From: the human T2T-CHM13v2.0 reference genome, Homo sapiens
Assembly: GCF_009914755.1 (NCBI RefSeq)
Contig: NC_060941.1
Length of the DNA: 64,000 bases
Reading direction: 5' to 3' (one strand)
A model generated the notes under the pieces. It saw only the letters and a list, made by a program, of their open reading frames with translations, was not told where the DNA came from and made no database searches. Positions 48,201-59,945 of this stretch are shown in pieces (positions within the stretch are counted from its first letter, which is position 1; every line of letters starts with the position of its first letter). Made by a program: the position numbers and the translations under genes.

Positions 48201-49049
48201 TCACACTTGGTTACAGGTGGGTGCCCATCCCAGCAGCCTCGGAGCAGAGTGGGTCGGGCTCCGGAGGTGGGGGCGGCCACTAACAGCAGGAGGTCGTGGC
48301 AGTGCGGCTATGGCAGGGGTTCTGAGGGGCGGAAGGCAGGGGCGGGACGTGGGGACGCAGACCTGCAGGGAGGACGCCGGCTCACCCAGCAGGGAGGGGA
48401 TGGCCGCCCAGGGACCCCCAGCCTGCCCGCTCTGCTTCCCCGACCGCCGGGGCAGGGGCCCCACGGGGGACGCCAGGGAACGTGAGGAATCCGGAGTCAA
48501 CACTGGGCCACTGTGTGCTGCCAGCCGGGCGGGCCGTGATTTATAAAGACAGCGGAGGCTTGGCTGGTGTCGGGGCGGTGAGGTCACGGCGGCCGGGGGC
48601 TCTGGAATTTCTTCAGAAGAATTTTGCTTACCAAGCCACATACTTTTCTAGCCATCAGTTTGATCAGAGGCAAGATGAAAAATATGCTAAAAAACAAAGA
48701 AACAAAAATACACCCGGGGGGCTCCGGTGAGGGGGAGGGGCGCTGCGGGAGGGGTGGAGGGCCCAGGGAAGGGTGAGGGGCCGGGAGCCACTCTGCCCGG
48801 CACTCTCCGCCCAGAAACAGCCCAACGCCCCTTTCTTTCCCCTTTTAGCACTGCTGAGCTGGACTAAAATGCCCAACAAGGAACTTTACTAAAAACTGAG
48901 GCAAGAAAGAAAACACACATGACATAAAAATAGTCAAGGGCACATTCTTGATGGTAGATAACTGGTCTCTGGCCACAGCGGCTGCCAGGTTGGGTGTCGG
49001 CCGGCGGGTCTGCCAGTCCCACCCATAGGCACTGCACTTCCCTGGGCCG

Positions 49050-49345
49050 GACAGGGGGTGTGGCGGGTCTGTGGGCGGGGGGACAAGGTTGGCAGGACCG
49101 TGAGGGGGGTGGTGGGTCTGTGGGAGGGGGACAAGGTTGGCAGGACCGTGAGGGGGGTGGCGGGTCTGTGGGCGGGGGGACAAGGTTGGCAGGACCGTGA
49201 GGGGGGTGGTGGGTCTGTGGGAGGGGGACAAGGGTGGCAGGACCGTGAGGGGGGTGGCGGGTCTGTGGGAGGGGGGACAAGGTTGGCAGGACCGTGAGGG
49301 GGGTGGCGGGTCTGTGGGCAGGTGGACAAGGGTGGCAGGACCTGT
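49050..49345. repeat. 48/49-bp G-rich minisatellite, ~6 copies
   Basis: ggacaagg(t/g)tggcaggaccgtgaggggggtgg(c/t)gggtctgtggg(c/a)gggg. Confidence 0.93.
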
Positions 49346-50116
49346 GAGATGATGTGAGTGCAGCACAGTGGGGCTCTGTAAGAAGCGACCCGGGCAGCTT
49401 GAGCAGGGGCAGGCTGGGCGGTGCCTACGGGTCTCTGTCCACCGGAGCCTCTGTTCAGCCCACCTCAGTGTCGCTCCGGATGTGGATAGAAGGAGACACT
49501 GTCTGGGCCACAGACCAGGTGCTTCCTTCGTCCTGACCACACCTGCTTCTGCCCAGGAGACGCTGCAGGGGCTGTGCTCCCCGCCCGGCTACTCTTGAGT
49601 GGTCCCCAGGCTCCTCCTCCTCCCGGTTCCACCTGGAGCCGTGGGGCTGTGCCGGGGATGCCTCGCTGCAGCTGCAGCTCAGGGAGAACTCACTGCTGGA
49701 GCTTCTGCCTCTCCCGTGCCGTGGGGCCGAGCCGAGCTCCACCAGGGTCTGGACTTCTGCACGGGCAGCTGTGCTTCCCAGGGTCGTGGAGAGGGGTCCT
49801 TGGTCCCAGCCACTGTGTGACCTCGACCAGGACACTTGACTTTCCTGCCCCCAGAGGGTCTTGTCTGGACCTCCAGAGCCCCCAGCCTTGCTCACTTGGC
49901 TCTGCTTCTGGGCAGGGTGCCCTGGCATTGCTGTTGCTGGCACCTGCCGTGCCTTGGAGGGGTCTCCAGTGGGACCTCTGAGCACGGCTCTTCCTGTACT
50001 TCTCAGAGGTGAGCAGAGGGCATTTGTGGGAGAACTGGAACCTGGGGAGGAAAAACCCCAAGGCTGGCAAAGACTCCCTGCAGTCTGTCCAGTGATCCAC
50101 TGAGGCTGAGTGGTGG

Positions 50117-50309
50117 AGGACATGGAGGCCGGCCCGGGACCAGGACATGGAGGCCGGCCAGGGACCTGGGGAAGAGAGGGCCTCAGTCTGGTGAGACCAG
50201 CCTGGTGGGTGCCTGGGGAAGAGAGGGCCTCAGTCCTGTGAGACCAGCCTGGTGGGTGCCTGGGGAAGAGAGGCCCTCAGTCCGGTGAGGAGACCAGCCT
50301 GGTGGGTGC
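50117..50309. repeat. ~26-bp x2 plus ~47-bp x3 tandem repeats
   Basis: ggacatggaggccggcc x2, then cctggggaagagagg.cctcagtc...gagaccagcctggtgggtg x3. Confidence 0.85.
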
Positions 50310-51044
50310 AGGCCACCCTTGCCTGCTGTCAGGGCCTGCCCTTCTCTCCGGCCTCCAGCTGCTTTGCCCCAGCGATCAGGCGCCTGAGCTTCCTCCCCCG
50401 AGCCTGAGTCCAGCTGAGCTCCGTGTGGCTTTCCCGGTGGAGCAGACTCTGTCTGATTTCCCAACGGCTGGCGCCTCCCAGGGCGTGCTCCTTGCCACGG
50501 AACAGCCCCTTGGGGCCAGGTGTGTACTCCAGGCAGTGGCCCGGCAGTGCTGGGAAGTGCCGGTCATGGCTGCTGCACGTGGGTTGCTGTCTGGGAGAGT
50601 CCTGTGGTGTTTGCTGAGGGCGGAGGACACCGAGGACAGAGAATGGGCAACTTCCAGGGAGGGCCCAGATGCAGCCACGACTGGGGTGCATCTGGGATAC
50701 CTCGTCCAGGGACACTCCCCACCATGGCCTGGTGCCTGTCCAGCAGGAAGAGCTTCAGGGCAGTAGGAAGGGGGAGTGGCCCCAGCTGCAGAGGGAAGGA
50801 GCTTGGTGGCAGGGCGGCAGGAGGGATGGGAGGTCAGGCTGACGTCCACTGGCGAGAACACTTCAGATGAAGATAGTGTGGACCCCTGCCCAGTCCCAAC
50901 ACAGGCCCCAGACGCCCTGAAACCCCAGGGGCTCAGCCCAAAGCAAGGGCAGGAAGCATTGCTTTACTGAGAAACCATAAAAATGTAGAATTCCACCTCA
51001 AACGCTGCTGTGGCCGATACTGAAGGTTAGAAATGAGCCGGTGG

Positions 51045-51339
51045 GGCCCGACACGGTGGCTCACGCCTGTAATTCCACCACTTTGGGAGGCCGAGGCAGG
51101 CAGATCATGAGGTCAGGAGATCGAGACCATCCTGGCTAACATGGTGAAACCCCGTCTCTACTAAAAATACAAAAAGAAATTAGACGGGCCTGGTGGCGGG
51201 CACCTGTAGTCCCAGCTGCTTGGGAGGCTGAGGCAGGAGAATGGTGTGAACCCAGGAGGCGGGGCTTGCAGTGAGCTGAGATTGCACCACCGCACTCCAG
51301 CCTGGGTGATAGAGCAAGAAAAAAAAAAAAAGAAAGAAA
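51045..51339 (+). mobile_element. AluY with 16-bp TSD
   Basis: catgaggtcaggagatcgagaccatcctggctaac. Flanked by agaaatgagc(c/a)ggtgg at 51029-51044 and 51340-51355. The last ~9 nt of the Alu body are missing before the A tail. Confidence 0.94.
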
Positions 51340-51828
51340 AGAAATGAGCAGGTGGGTGCTTCCCAGGGGGGCCCTGTGGCCTGTGGCCCCATGCATGATG
51401 GCCCTCAACTCAGCCACAGCTCCCAGGGCAGCTGTGGCTCCTTGGGTGGCCCAAGACAGCTGCTGCGTGGTGTGAGCTTCGCTCATGAGGCTGGGCAGAG
51501 GCTGGGATCCCAGGTGTGAAGATGGGCCTGGGTGGTGGCTGCTGGACCTTGTTGTCACAGATGTGCCACCTGCTTCCCAAAACCGAGCACCAGGGGTCTG
51601 AGAGGTTGCTATGGGAAGGTCGCTTGCTCCAGGGGGCCCTGGAACAGTTGCTAAGTTTAACGCCCTGGCCCAGGATCCACCTGTCCTGCTGCAGACCAGC
51701 CCTGCTCATTCCTCCCTCTGGCTGTGAAGATGGAAGCCCATGGGTTGGATGCCTCGGGCCAGGGCTGTCACGCAAGGAAGCCTGGGGAGGACTGTGGCAC
51801 TGACCCCATGGGCCATGGTATCGCCTCA

Positions 51829-52755
51829 GGGCCCTGCCCCTCTGATGTCCGTCTCCTCGGGGCCCCGCCCCTCTGGATCTCGTCTCCTCAGGGCCCCGCC
51901 CCTCTGGATCTCGTCTCCTCGGCGCCCCGCCCCTCTGGATCCCTGTCTCCTCGGGGCCCCGCCCCTCTGGATCTCGTCTCCTCGGCGCCCCGCCCCTCTG
52001 GATCTCCGTCTCCTCGGCGCCCCACCCCTCTGATCTCCTCTCCTCGGGGCCCCGCCCCTCTGATCCCCGTCTCCTCGGCGCCCCGCCCCTCTGGATCTCG
52101 TCTCCTCAGGGCCCCGCCCCTCTGGATCTCGTCTCCTCAGGGCCCCGCCCCTCTGGATCTCGTCTCCTCAGGGCCCCGCCCCTCTGGATCTCATCTCCTC
52201 GGCGCCCCGCCCCTCTGGATCCCTGTCTCCTCGGGGCCCCGCCCCTCTGGATCTCGTCTCCTCGGCGCCCCGCCCCTCTGGATCTCCGTCTCCTCGGCGC
52301 CCCGCCCCTCTGATCTCCTCTCCTCGGGGCCCCGCCCCTCTGATCCCCGTCTCCTCGGGGCCCCGCCCCTCTGATCCCCGTCTCCTCGGCGCCCCGCCCC
52401 TCTGATCTCCTCTCCTCGGGGCCCCGCCCCTCTGATCCCCGTCTCCTCGGCGCCCCGCCCCTCTGGATCCCCGTCTCCTCGGCGCCCCGCCCCTCTGATC
52501 TCCTCTTCTCGGGGCCCCGCCCCTCTGGATCTCCGTCTCCTCGGCGCCCCACCCCTCTGATCTTGGTCTCCTCGGCGCCCCACCCCTCTGGAGTTCCGTC
52601 TCCTCGGCGCCCCGCCCCTCTGGATCCCCGTCTCCTCGGCGCCCCGCCCCTCTGGATCCCCGTCTCCTCGGCGCCCCACCCCTCTGATCTCGGTCTCCTC
52701 GGCGCCCCGCCCCTCTGGAGCTCCGTCTCCTCGGGGCCCCGCCCCTCTGATCTCC
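51829..52755. repeat. ~30-32-bp C-rich minisatellite, ~30 copies
   Basis: Unit (g)gatct(c)cgtctcctcgg(c/g)gccccgcccctct. Confidence 0.96.
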
Positions 52756-53151
52756 TGCACGCAACCGGCCTCGCCTGAAAAGCCCCACGTACAGCAAAGC
52801 GGCCGTGTCTTGGTGGCCTCTGCCTGGGGCGCTATGGGTGGCCTGTCTATGCCTCAGTTTCCCCATTCTTGATGAGAGGGAGCTGGGGTCGCTACTGGTC
52901 ACTCGGGCCCCAGGCAGACCAAGGCTCGCTTCTGTCCACTCCCTGGCCCCATTCCCAGGAATCCCACCGGTTCCTGGCCGGGGTCTGGAATCTGTTCTCC
53001 CAGTCCAGGACCTACCCTCCCCTCCACTTCCTGCCTGCAAGCTCTGTGGTCCTTCCTTGCCTTGAGTCCAGGGTTCCCTGTGCTCCCAGTCCAGCCTCCC
53101 TACTCAGGGCCGAGGGCACCGGGAGGATGGTCGTTGCAAAAGAATATGGGA

Positions 53152-53225
53152 GGCCGGGTGCGGCGGCTCACGCCTGTAATCCCAGTACTTCTGGGAGGCC
53201 AAGGGGGGCGGATGACTTGAGGCCG
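53152..53225 (+). mobile_element. Truncated Alu left-arm fragment
   Basis: ggccgggtgcggcggctcacgcctgtaatcccagtac...ggatgacttgaggcc. Confidence 0.85.
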
Positions 53226-55339
53226 TGCAACACCTGCCAGCACCAGCATTTGACACGGAATCGAAGAAAACAGGCAGGACATACCCTGACTACACTAGTA
53301 CAAGTCATCGGCGTCTCGGGGTCCTGGGTTTTAGAAATCACACTGTCAGGGAGGGCTGATGGGGTCCTGGGTTGGAGGCTGGAAGTGGAGGAATCGAGGC
53401 ATAGGCAGAAACTTGAAGGAAGGGTCAGCCGAGCTGGCCAGAAGGGGGCTCCTCGCCACGGTCCCCAGGGAAGCACTTTGCTCATGGGCCCCGGCCCTGA
53501 GAGAGGAGCTCCTGCCTCTTCCCACTCGGAGAGGGCTGACAGGAGAGGCTTGGCCTGGTGTTTCCTGATGAGATAGTGGGCACGTTCCGGGAAGCGGTGA
53601 GCAGGCCCAGCAGACATCAGATGTGGTGCTTCCTGTCTCCTGTGAATGCGCCTGGCCCTTGAGGGGGGTCTGGGATGGAGAGTCGGGGGAGGGGAACCCC
53701 ACTCGCCCTTCTCCTTGTTGTTCTTGGCAGCTGGACTTGGGCAATTGTGCCTCCACCCTCTGGAGGGGCCTCCCCCTGTGCTGGCTGCAGATCAGAGGGG
53801 CGATGGGGAGGGATCCACCGGTCCAGGCGGGGGCTCACCTTCCAGGCCCGGGCGTGGGCGAGAGGGGTGCATGGGAGGACGCCCGATGCCTCAGGGCCCC
53901 CGGTCAGCAGCGAGGCACAGACTCTCCTCTGGGCGGTGATGGCCCTGCACGAGGTCCGTGTGCCGTCTGCCTGCACAGGGAGAGGAAAGGATCACGCGAC
54001 CATGGGTACGTTGGCCACCTGAAGGTTGAGTCCCGCAGCCTAGAGACTGGAGCGTGGGGACCAGGAGGAGCTTCTTAGCGGAACTGGGCTGGGGCTCATG
54101 CAGCCCTCCAGGAGCCCCCGACGCGACGCCCTGGCTCATCCCGGGTGAAGAGGCTGCTGAGTCTGAACTGATGACAGTGGACGGGTGGCCGCCGGTTCCC
54201 AACGCATGGTTGGGCCTGGAACCCAGGTGACTCTGGGAGATGTGGTCACAGTCACAGCCGTCTGTGGGCCTTTGGGTTCAAAACAGCGCGAGTCACAGGA
54301 GACAGAAGGGAATCTGAGCTTGCGATTGCTCATTCTTGTCACCCTCCTGGCTCTGGGACACCTCTGCCATCTCCTACCAAGGGTACCCCATTCCTGGCGA
54401 GTTGGAAAGTGGCCTCATGGGCAGAAAACGAGGGCAAAGGGAGCTGCGTGCTGTGAGAGACGTCCCCGCACCCACCCTCCCCACCAGCTCCCTTGGGCCT
54501 TTCCTCCCTCCCAGCCCCACCCACAGCCGGGTGGCTCCCTTCACTGTCTCTCCTGGGTTTAACTCAGAGGCTGGCGAGCAGGGGCTGACCAGTGTGTGTC
54601 GGAGACTCTCCGAGTGGCCAGCACGGGCAGGGAGCTCATAGGCTTGGCCCTGAGACCAGGTCCTGTCTGAGAAGGAGGCAGGTCCTGTCTGAGAAGAAGG
54701 ACCCCCACCCCTCCTGCCTGGGACCCTGCCTTAGGCTCACTCTAATGACCTAATTTCAATTTGATTGAATGCAAATCTGAATTTGCTAGAAGACCTGATT
54801 TCATCTTTCCGGGTTCAGTAAACATGACATTCTCCGTGGGGGTTTATTTGTGGAACTCCCAGTCGGAGCTGCTGCCCCAGCCCAGCAGGGCTCAGCGACG
54901 TGCACTGGTTTTAGGAGTAAATCCGAAGCAACAGAAGCGTTCGCACTGGCTCTGGGTGCAGCCTGCATCTTCAGCCCTGGGGCACTGATGCTGGGCAGCT
55001 TCTCGGCTTCACTCGGGAAGGGACTCAGGAGCGAGGTGGTGGGGAAGCCAGCAGCTTGGCTGAGGCGGCAGTGGAGGTGGTCCAGCTCCGCGACTGCTCC
55101 CACAGAGCAGGGCTGCCGCTCGGTCAGTGTGCAGAGTGCAGCCGCTTGGGGCCAACTTGCCATCATATGTATAACCACTTTTAATGACATGCTAATTAGG
55201 GGACGGGTTATTCAGATATAGCTGGAGGATGGGCAGTTGCTTCCAGGTGTTGCCAAGGCAGTGAGAGCAACGGGAACTGCCCTTGGCGCCTCTTCCAGCT
55301 TTGGCCTGTCTTTGGTCGGGTCCGGGGACCAGGCTTGCC

Positions 55340-55755
55340 TACCACGTTTTCTGTGTCAAAACAGTCACGCAGAAATAAACAGTGACAGCACTGTGATGAG
55401 AAAAGCGAAGAAACAACTTATTTCAACTTTCTGACTTTTGTTGTGGCCTCAGCACTTTTGTTTGTGCTTAACATTGAAAACAGTGAGGCAGTGTAAACTG
55501 TGAGATGTGATTTTTCATTTGGTAAGTGCAAATTTTAGTTCATTCATGAAACCAATTTTGAAGATCTTTAAAATAGAATTTAGTCGACCTTAAGAATTGT
55601 TAATTGTTTACAACTAAAGACCAAAAATCCAAGAGAATAAAGCGTTGCACCAGTGGTAGGGGTTTGTAGTTGCCTAAATTGTACCTTTTACAGATGTTTC
55701 ATTTTATTAAAACTCACTAGTCACTGGATCTTCTATTCAACATGGTGATGGGATG
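55340..55755 (+). mobile_element. hAT-Tip100 DNA transposon remnant (Arthur1/MER69-like)
   Basis: AT-rich block with tttggtaagtgcaaattttagttcat, aattgttaattgttt..aactaaaga and gtagttgcctaaattgta, matching the recalled Arthur1B consensus. Confidence 0.6.
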
Positions 55756-55759
55756 AAAT

Positions 55760-56202
55760 TATGTATGACAACTGTGCTCCCTGAAAAGACATGTTTGCGT
55801 CTGATCCCCTGGGGTCTGTGAATGTGGCCGTATTTGGAAACAGGGTCTCTGTAGACATAATCAAGTTAGGATGACATCATGAGGACAGGCCCTAATCCAG
55901 TATGACTGGTGTCTTTCCGAGAAGAAAACAGAGACACAGAGGGCGAGACCCACGTGAAGGCAGAGGCAGAGATTGCAGCACTGTGGCCAAAGGCCAGGAG
56001 TGTCCAAACCACCAGAAGCTGAAAGAGGCAGGGCAGGGTCCCCCGAGAGTGGTCGTGGGGAGCTCCCTCAGGCAGATACCTCACGGTCCTGCAACTCCTC
56101 GATCGCAGACTCTGGGCTCCAGAGCTGTGAGACAGTTCAATTCTGTTGTTTTAAGCCACCTTGTTTGTGGTCATTTGTGCCAGCAGCCCCAGGACGGTCA
56201 CA
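55760..56202 (+). mobile_element. MaLR solo LTR (MLT1B-like)
   Basis: tgtgaatgtggccgtatttggaaacagggtct...ggccctaatccagtatgactggtgtc...gtgaaggcagaggcagagatt...ttctgttgttttaagccacc...tttgtggtcatttgt. Confidence 0.85.
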
Positions 56203-56707
56203 CGTGCACCATTCACTGCTGTATTGGGTTAGACCCTTGCACTGAGGGCTTTGGGAACCTGACTGGGTTGGCTGCTGGACAGGGGACTGTGAGGGCTGCG
56301 GGGGGTGTCGGCGCAGGAGTGGAAGGTGCCCCTGCTGGGATGGGGGTCCCTCTGTCCCCTTCTCCTTCTGGAGAGAGGGCCCTCATGGGGCTGCCCAGGA
56401 CACAGAGCTACTTGTAAAATCCTGCCCCCATTCCAGCCTGGGGCTCCTGCTGGGGGCAGGGTCCAGGAGCTTCGGGACAACATATGGACTCAGGGCCTGA
56501 GGTGGCCTTTATGATATCCAGGTCTCAAAGGAGGGGATCCTGGGGAGCTTGGGATGCGGCTCATCCCCAGCCTGAGTCTTCTTCCTTCACTGTCACCTGT
56601 TGCCCCTCTGGGAGCTGCCGTTGAGAATGAGGAACGTTCCAGGTGGTCTGTGCCAGCAACACCACTGCAGGCTCGGGGGCGGGGGGAGACGGGCACGGAG
56701 TGTCACA

Positions 56708-57035
56708 CACAGGTGCTGGACAGGAAGTGGGCTGAGGGCCAGCGCAGGAGGTGGGGGGCAGACAGGGAGGGGGCGTTGCCCAGGTGCTGGACGGGAAATG
56801 GGCTGAGGGCAAGTGCAGGAGGTGGGGGGCAGACGGGGAGGGGGCGTTGCCCAGGTGCTGGACGGGAAATGGGCTGAGGGCAAGCGCAGGAGGTGGGGGG
56901 CAGACGGGGAGGGGGTGTTGCACAGGTGCTGGACGGGAAATGGGCTGAGGGCAAGTGCAGGAGGTGGGGTGCAGACGGGGAGGGGGCGTTGCACAGGTGC
57001 TGGACAGGAAGTGGGCTGAGGGCAAGTGCAGGGGG
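56708..57035. repeat. 71-bp G-rich minisatellite, ~4.6 copies
   Basis: aggtgctgga recurs at 56711, 56782, 56853, 56924 and 56995. Confidence 0.94.
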
Positions 57036-57529
57036 TGGAGTGGCCACTGGACCTGGCTGACCAGAGCAGAGAAGGTCTATGAAGAGAGATGGGAGAGGAA
57101 GATGCAGAAGGATTTAAAAATAGGGCTTTGTAATTTTCAAACAGCATACAGTATGCTATGAAAGAAAGGTTAGAAAAATTTTTTAAAGTTAGCTAAAATC
57201 CCATCACCTGGAGATAAACACAGATGACATTTTAAAGTTGCACCCGAGTTAAACAGTGGCTCTGAGCATCCTCAGAAGATGAGGCACTCTCTAGTTTTCT
57301 GAGTGGGGAGTTTAGTGACGAAGCTGTTGCTTCGGGAGGAGGACGAGGGCAGTGTGGGCACTGGTGGGCGTAGGGGGGACGGGGCTCTGGGTGAGGACAA
57401 GCAGAGGGAGGCTCACAGTGCCACAGGCAGGTCCCAGCCTCTGCCTTCAGGACAGACCAGACCCCTCAGCCTCTGAACTGTGTTCGGGCAAACGGGATTA
57501 CGACTCTGAGTGACTGGAAGGCCCCGCTT

Positions 57530-58172
57530 GGTGCTGAGTGCACTGGCACCCATGTTATGTCTGTGGCACAAGCGCTCGATGAGGTCTGCACGATCACTGC
57601 AGATGATCACTGCACCATCATTCCTCGCTGCACGATCCTTCCTCGCTGCACGATCCTTCCTCGCTGCAGGATCCTTCCTCGCTGCACGATCATTCCTGGT
57701 TGCACGATCCTTCCTCGCTGCACGATCCTTCCTCGCTGCATGATGATTCCTTGCTGCACGATCCTTCCTCACTGCACGATCCTTCCTCGCTGCACGATCA
57801 GTCCTCGCTGCATGATCCTTCCTCGCTGCAGGATCAGTCCTCACTGCACGATCCTTCCTCGCTGCATGATCCTTCCTCACTGCATGATGATTCCTTGCTG
57901 CACGATCCTTCCTCACAGCACGATCCTTCCTCGCTGCACCATCCTTCCTCGCTGCACGATCCTTCCTCGCTGCATGATCCTTCCTCGCTGCACGATCCTT
58001 CCTCGCTGCACGATCCTTCCTCGCTGCATGATCCTTCCTTGCTGCACAATCATTCCTCGCTGCACCATTATTCCTCACTGCACAAGGGAGGAAACTATAG
58101 CACAGGGAGGGTGAGCCACTCGCCCAGGGCCACATAGCTGTGAGGGGAGAACTAGGAATTCTCATCCAGCCT
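57530..58172 (-). mobile_element. MIR SINE split by an 18-bp minisatellite
   Basis: Right flank cattattcctcactgcacaagggaggaaactatagcacagggagggtgagccactcgcccagggccacatagct resembles the MIR core. Left flank gtgctgagtgc...gatgaggtc is weakly MIR-like. Confidence 0.6.
57595..58084. repeat. 18-bp minisatellite, ~27 copies
   Basis: Unit tcctcgctgcacgatcct. 6-aa periodicity in all overlapping ORFs. Confidence 0.96.
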
Positions 58173-59489
58173 TCAGGAAAATTACATGTGGACTGGATGT
58201 GACGGATCTTGAGCCACGCTGACAATTGAGTCCCTGTCCCTCAGTGGGTTTCAGAAGAGAGGCCTCCCCTCTCCCACATCCCAGGAGCTCAGAGGCCCTG
58301 GGATGGGCCGACAGTTCTTGGCCAGGTGGCTGCTCCTGCGGTCACAGCACTTGGAGGTGCTGGCCTGCGTGCAGACGCCCCCTGTGCCTGTGGGGTCCTC
58401 TCCGGGCCTGGCCTGGCCTCAGTCCCACTGGCCACCCTCGCTCAGGGATCGCTAGGGGTCCTTGGACCTCAGACCATGCAGGGCCTCCCTTTGCAGAACA
58501 GGAAAATAGGACGGCCACCCTCAGGCCACCGTCCATGAGCATCACAGGGGCAGGTTCTTATCTCTGGGCTGGACGTGTCAAGGCTGGGCTTGGGGGCCAG
58601 AAGCTTCCCAGCAGGCCTCCCACTGGCCACAAGACACAAGCAGCCCCTCAGCCCTGCAGCCACGTCCTCTCCGACAGGGCCCCTCTTGCCCCAAGCCCAG
58701 CCGGGCCACCGTGGCCAGCTCCACACACACATCTGGCTGAGCACTCACACCAGGCTGCGGGGTGGTGTCACGGCCCAGGAATGCAGGAAGACGTCTGGGG
58801 CTCTGGCAGAGAGGCATGGCCATGCGCCAAGAATGTGCCTTGTAGAGACATAATTATGCATTGGGGGAATACGGCGTAACAAACCCGGTGGATGCCACCG
58901 ACTCCACTTACTTTACTGAGAGCTGAGAGGACAGCAAAGTGCGGCACTGACCCTCAGGAGGGGAGGGCGCTGGCTGGTGCCCACCGTCCTGCAGAGGACT
59001 GAGGGATGCGTGGGCATGGGTGGGCACAACCGTGGGGGCGCTGGCCTGGGGGAGGAGGAAGGAGGCCGGGCGAGGGCGTGGGCAGCGCTGTCCTGGCTGA
59101 TGGCTGAGGAGCCAGGGCGCGGCCGCAAGTGCGTGGCAGCGTGGCAGGGCGGCTGAACGACCCCATTGTGTGGAGTGAGGCCGAAAGGCCAAGTGGGACG
59201 GGCAGGGAAAGAAGCACATTTCATAACTTCAGTCCACTGTGAGAGGACTGCCTGCCCCTTTTAGAAAACTTGGAAATCACAGCAAGTCTCCAGCAGGGAA
59301 ACAACGCCATGGGGGAGGGGTCTTATCTCTGGGCTGCGCTATCTCCCCACCCAAAGACCACGTCAGCCTTCCGGGCATTTCTTTCAGAATTTTAAGCCAC
59401 ATGTCTGTGTGTGTCTCTCTGTGCGTACAAACACGTCTGTTTATGTGTGTCCTCACATCGCTGGGGTCATGTTGTATGTGTTGTAAAAA

Positions 59490-59945
59490 TTACTTTTTAA
59501 CTTGTGTAATATGTGTATATATATATAACAAACCCTACCGTCTTAACTGTTTTTGAATCTACAGCTTGGTGGCATGAAATACATTCATATTAACTGTAAC
59601 TGTCAATTTCCAGATGTTTTATCTTCCCGAGCCGAAACTCTGTCCCCATTAAACACGAACTTCCCAGTCCCCCTCCCCCAGCACCCACCGTTCTGTTTCT
59701 GCCTCTATGAAGCTGACAACCCAGGGACCGCGTACGAGTGGAATCAGCAGGATTTGCCCTTATGTGTCCGGTTATTTCCCTCGGCACAGTGTCCTCAGGG
59801 TTCATCCGTGTCACAGCAAGCGTCTGACTTTCCTTCCTCTTCCAGGCTGGGTCACAGCCCTTCATGTGGATGGACCACGTTTTATTCACTCATCTGGCAA
59901 CGGTCCTTCTGGCTGTTGTGAATAACGTGGCTGTGAACGTATACG
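59490..59945 (-). mobile_element. L1MB-like 3' fragment
   Basis: cgaaactctgtccccattaaacac...gagtggaatc...gtcctcagggttcatccgtgt...ggctgttgtgaataacgtggctgtgaacgt. Confidence 0.8.

Noticed and set aside
49050-49345. PRDM9 13-mer motif in the G-rich VNTR
   Set aside because: Only near-misses to CCNCCNTNNCCNC on manual inspection.
43845-56202. Two MLT1B-like LTRs as ends of one provirus
   Set aside because: They are in opposite orientations, 11 kb apart, with no MaLR internal sequence between them. They are independent solo LTRs.
57413-58225. (CTILPR)n and (ARKDRA)n repeat proteins resembling Cys-rich or keratin-associated proteins
   Set aside because: The 18-bp unit is a multiple of 3, so several frames stay open. 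The array sits in a MIR and has no promoter or splice support.
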